Notes under the pieces: model-generated
The model's database searches: none
What the model was told of the DNA's origin: nothing
What the model saw: only the letters and a program-made list of their open reading frames with translations
Translations under genes and position numbers: made by a program
Source of the DNA: Yuukianura sp. NJ FZ-2021
Lineage: Eukaryota
Assembly (NCBI GenBank): GCA_046563655.1
Contig: CM102286.1
Coordinates: 9,858,001-9,922,000, forward strand
DNA length: 64,000 nt
Direction of reading: 5' to 3'
Shown here: positions 63,610 through 64,000 of the stretch, one piece after another
How the letters are laid out: every line of letters begins with the position of its first letter
Numbering within the stretch: position 1 is the stretch's first letter

Positions 63610-63834
63610 TTGAAGACTCACAAACAGCGCACATCCTTAACCAATGAAAGAACAGTATTGTACTAGTATGCAACATTTACTTGACAAATAAACGAGCTTC
63701 AATTCTGCATTTCTACTTGTGTATCGTAAAGTAGTAGTACATAACGTTAGGTTTATCAAATCAGAATGAACATTCAAATCATTCTCTGCATTACGACCAT
63801 TGTGGTAGAAGTTCATCTTGGTGAAACGGAGCTT

Positions 63835-63984
63835 TTAGCGTTTGCTAATCTTCGTCAATGCTGATGTTTGACCTGCCTTGTTGCCGGAGAGAACTATGTA
63901 CGGAGTATGGGATTGCTTTTGCCTCTCCTGTAGCAGTTCCAATGTTCCAAGCGGCGTATCCGTGGAATTCATATGTTGCATGAG
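63835..63984 (-). CDS. Last coding exon of an unidentified convergent gene
   Basis: Polypyrimidine tract and AG acceptor, then a 150-nt open exon [53 protein letters not shown]. Confidence 0.55.
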   Translation of the reverse strand, partial: LMQHMNSTDTPLGTLELLQERQKQSHTPYIVLSGNKAGQTSALTKISKR

Positions 63985-64000
63985 CTTGAGAAAAAAAACA

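Overview
Eukaryotic (animal, probably arthropod) genomic DNA with short GT-AG introns, dominated by nested mobile elements. Left to right: (1) the 3' end of a BEL/Pao LTR retrotransposon whose LTR is split by a near full-length APE/RT LINE; (2) a ~36.8-kb block (7035-43810) bounded by hAT-like CAGGGTGTCG inverted repeats. That block holds a 269-bp satellite, a Harbinger remnant, an intron-containing calpain pseudogene hit by a MITE, a pogo remnant, a ~570-bp satellite (about 35 units) and a 9.1-kb truncated endogenous Polinton/Maverick (adintovirus-like) element. The viral element carries IAP, pPolB, packaging ATPase, integrase and core genes; its IAP and pPolB genes have predicted spliceosomal introns. 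(3) The block interrupts a host segment whose uninterrupted paralog lies at 50.1-52.3 kb, upstream of an intact 7TM chemoreceptor-like gene. (4) Further right: a CRE-like RLE retrotransposon with an RFX-like winged-helix N-terminus, a CCCH zinc-finger gene, an X-box-preceded EFHC2-like ciliary gene, and the last exon of a convergent gene. All calls were made by eye from the sequence; no database searches were run.
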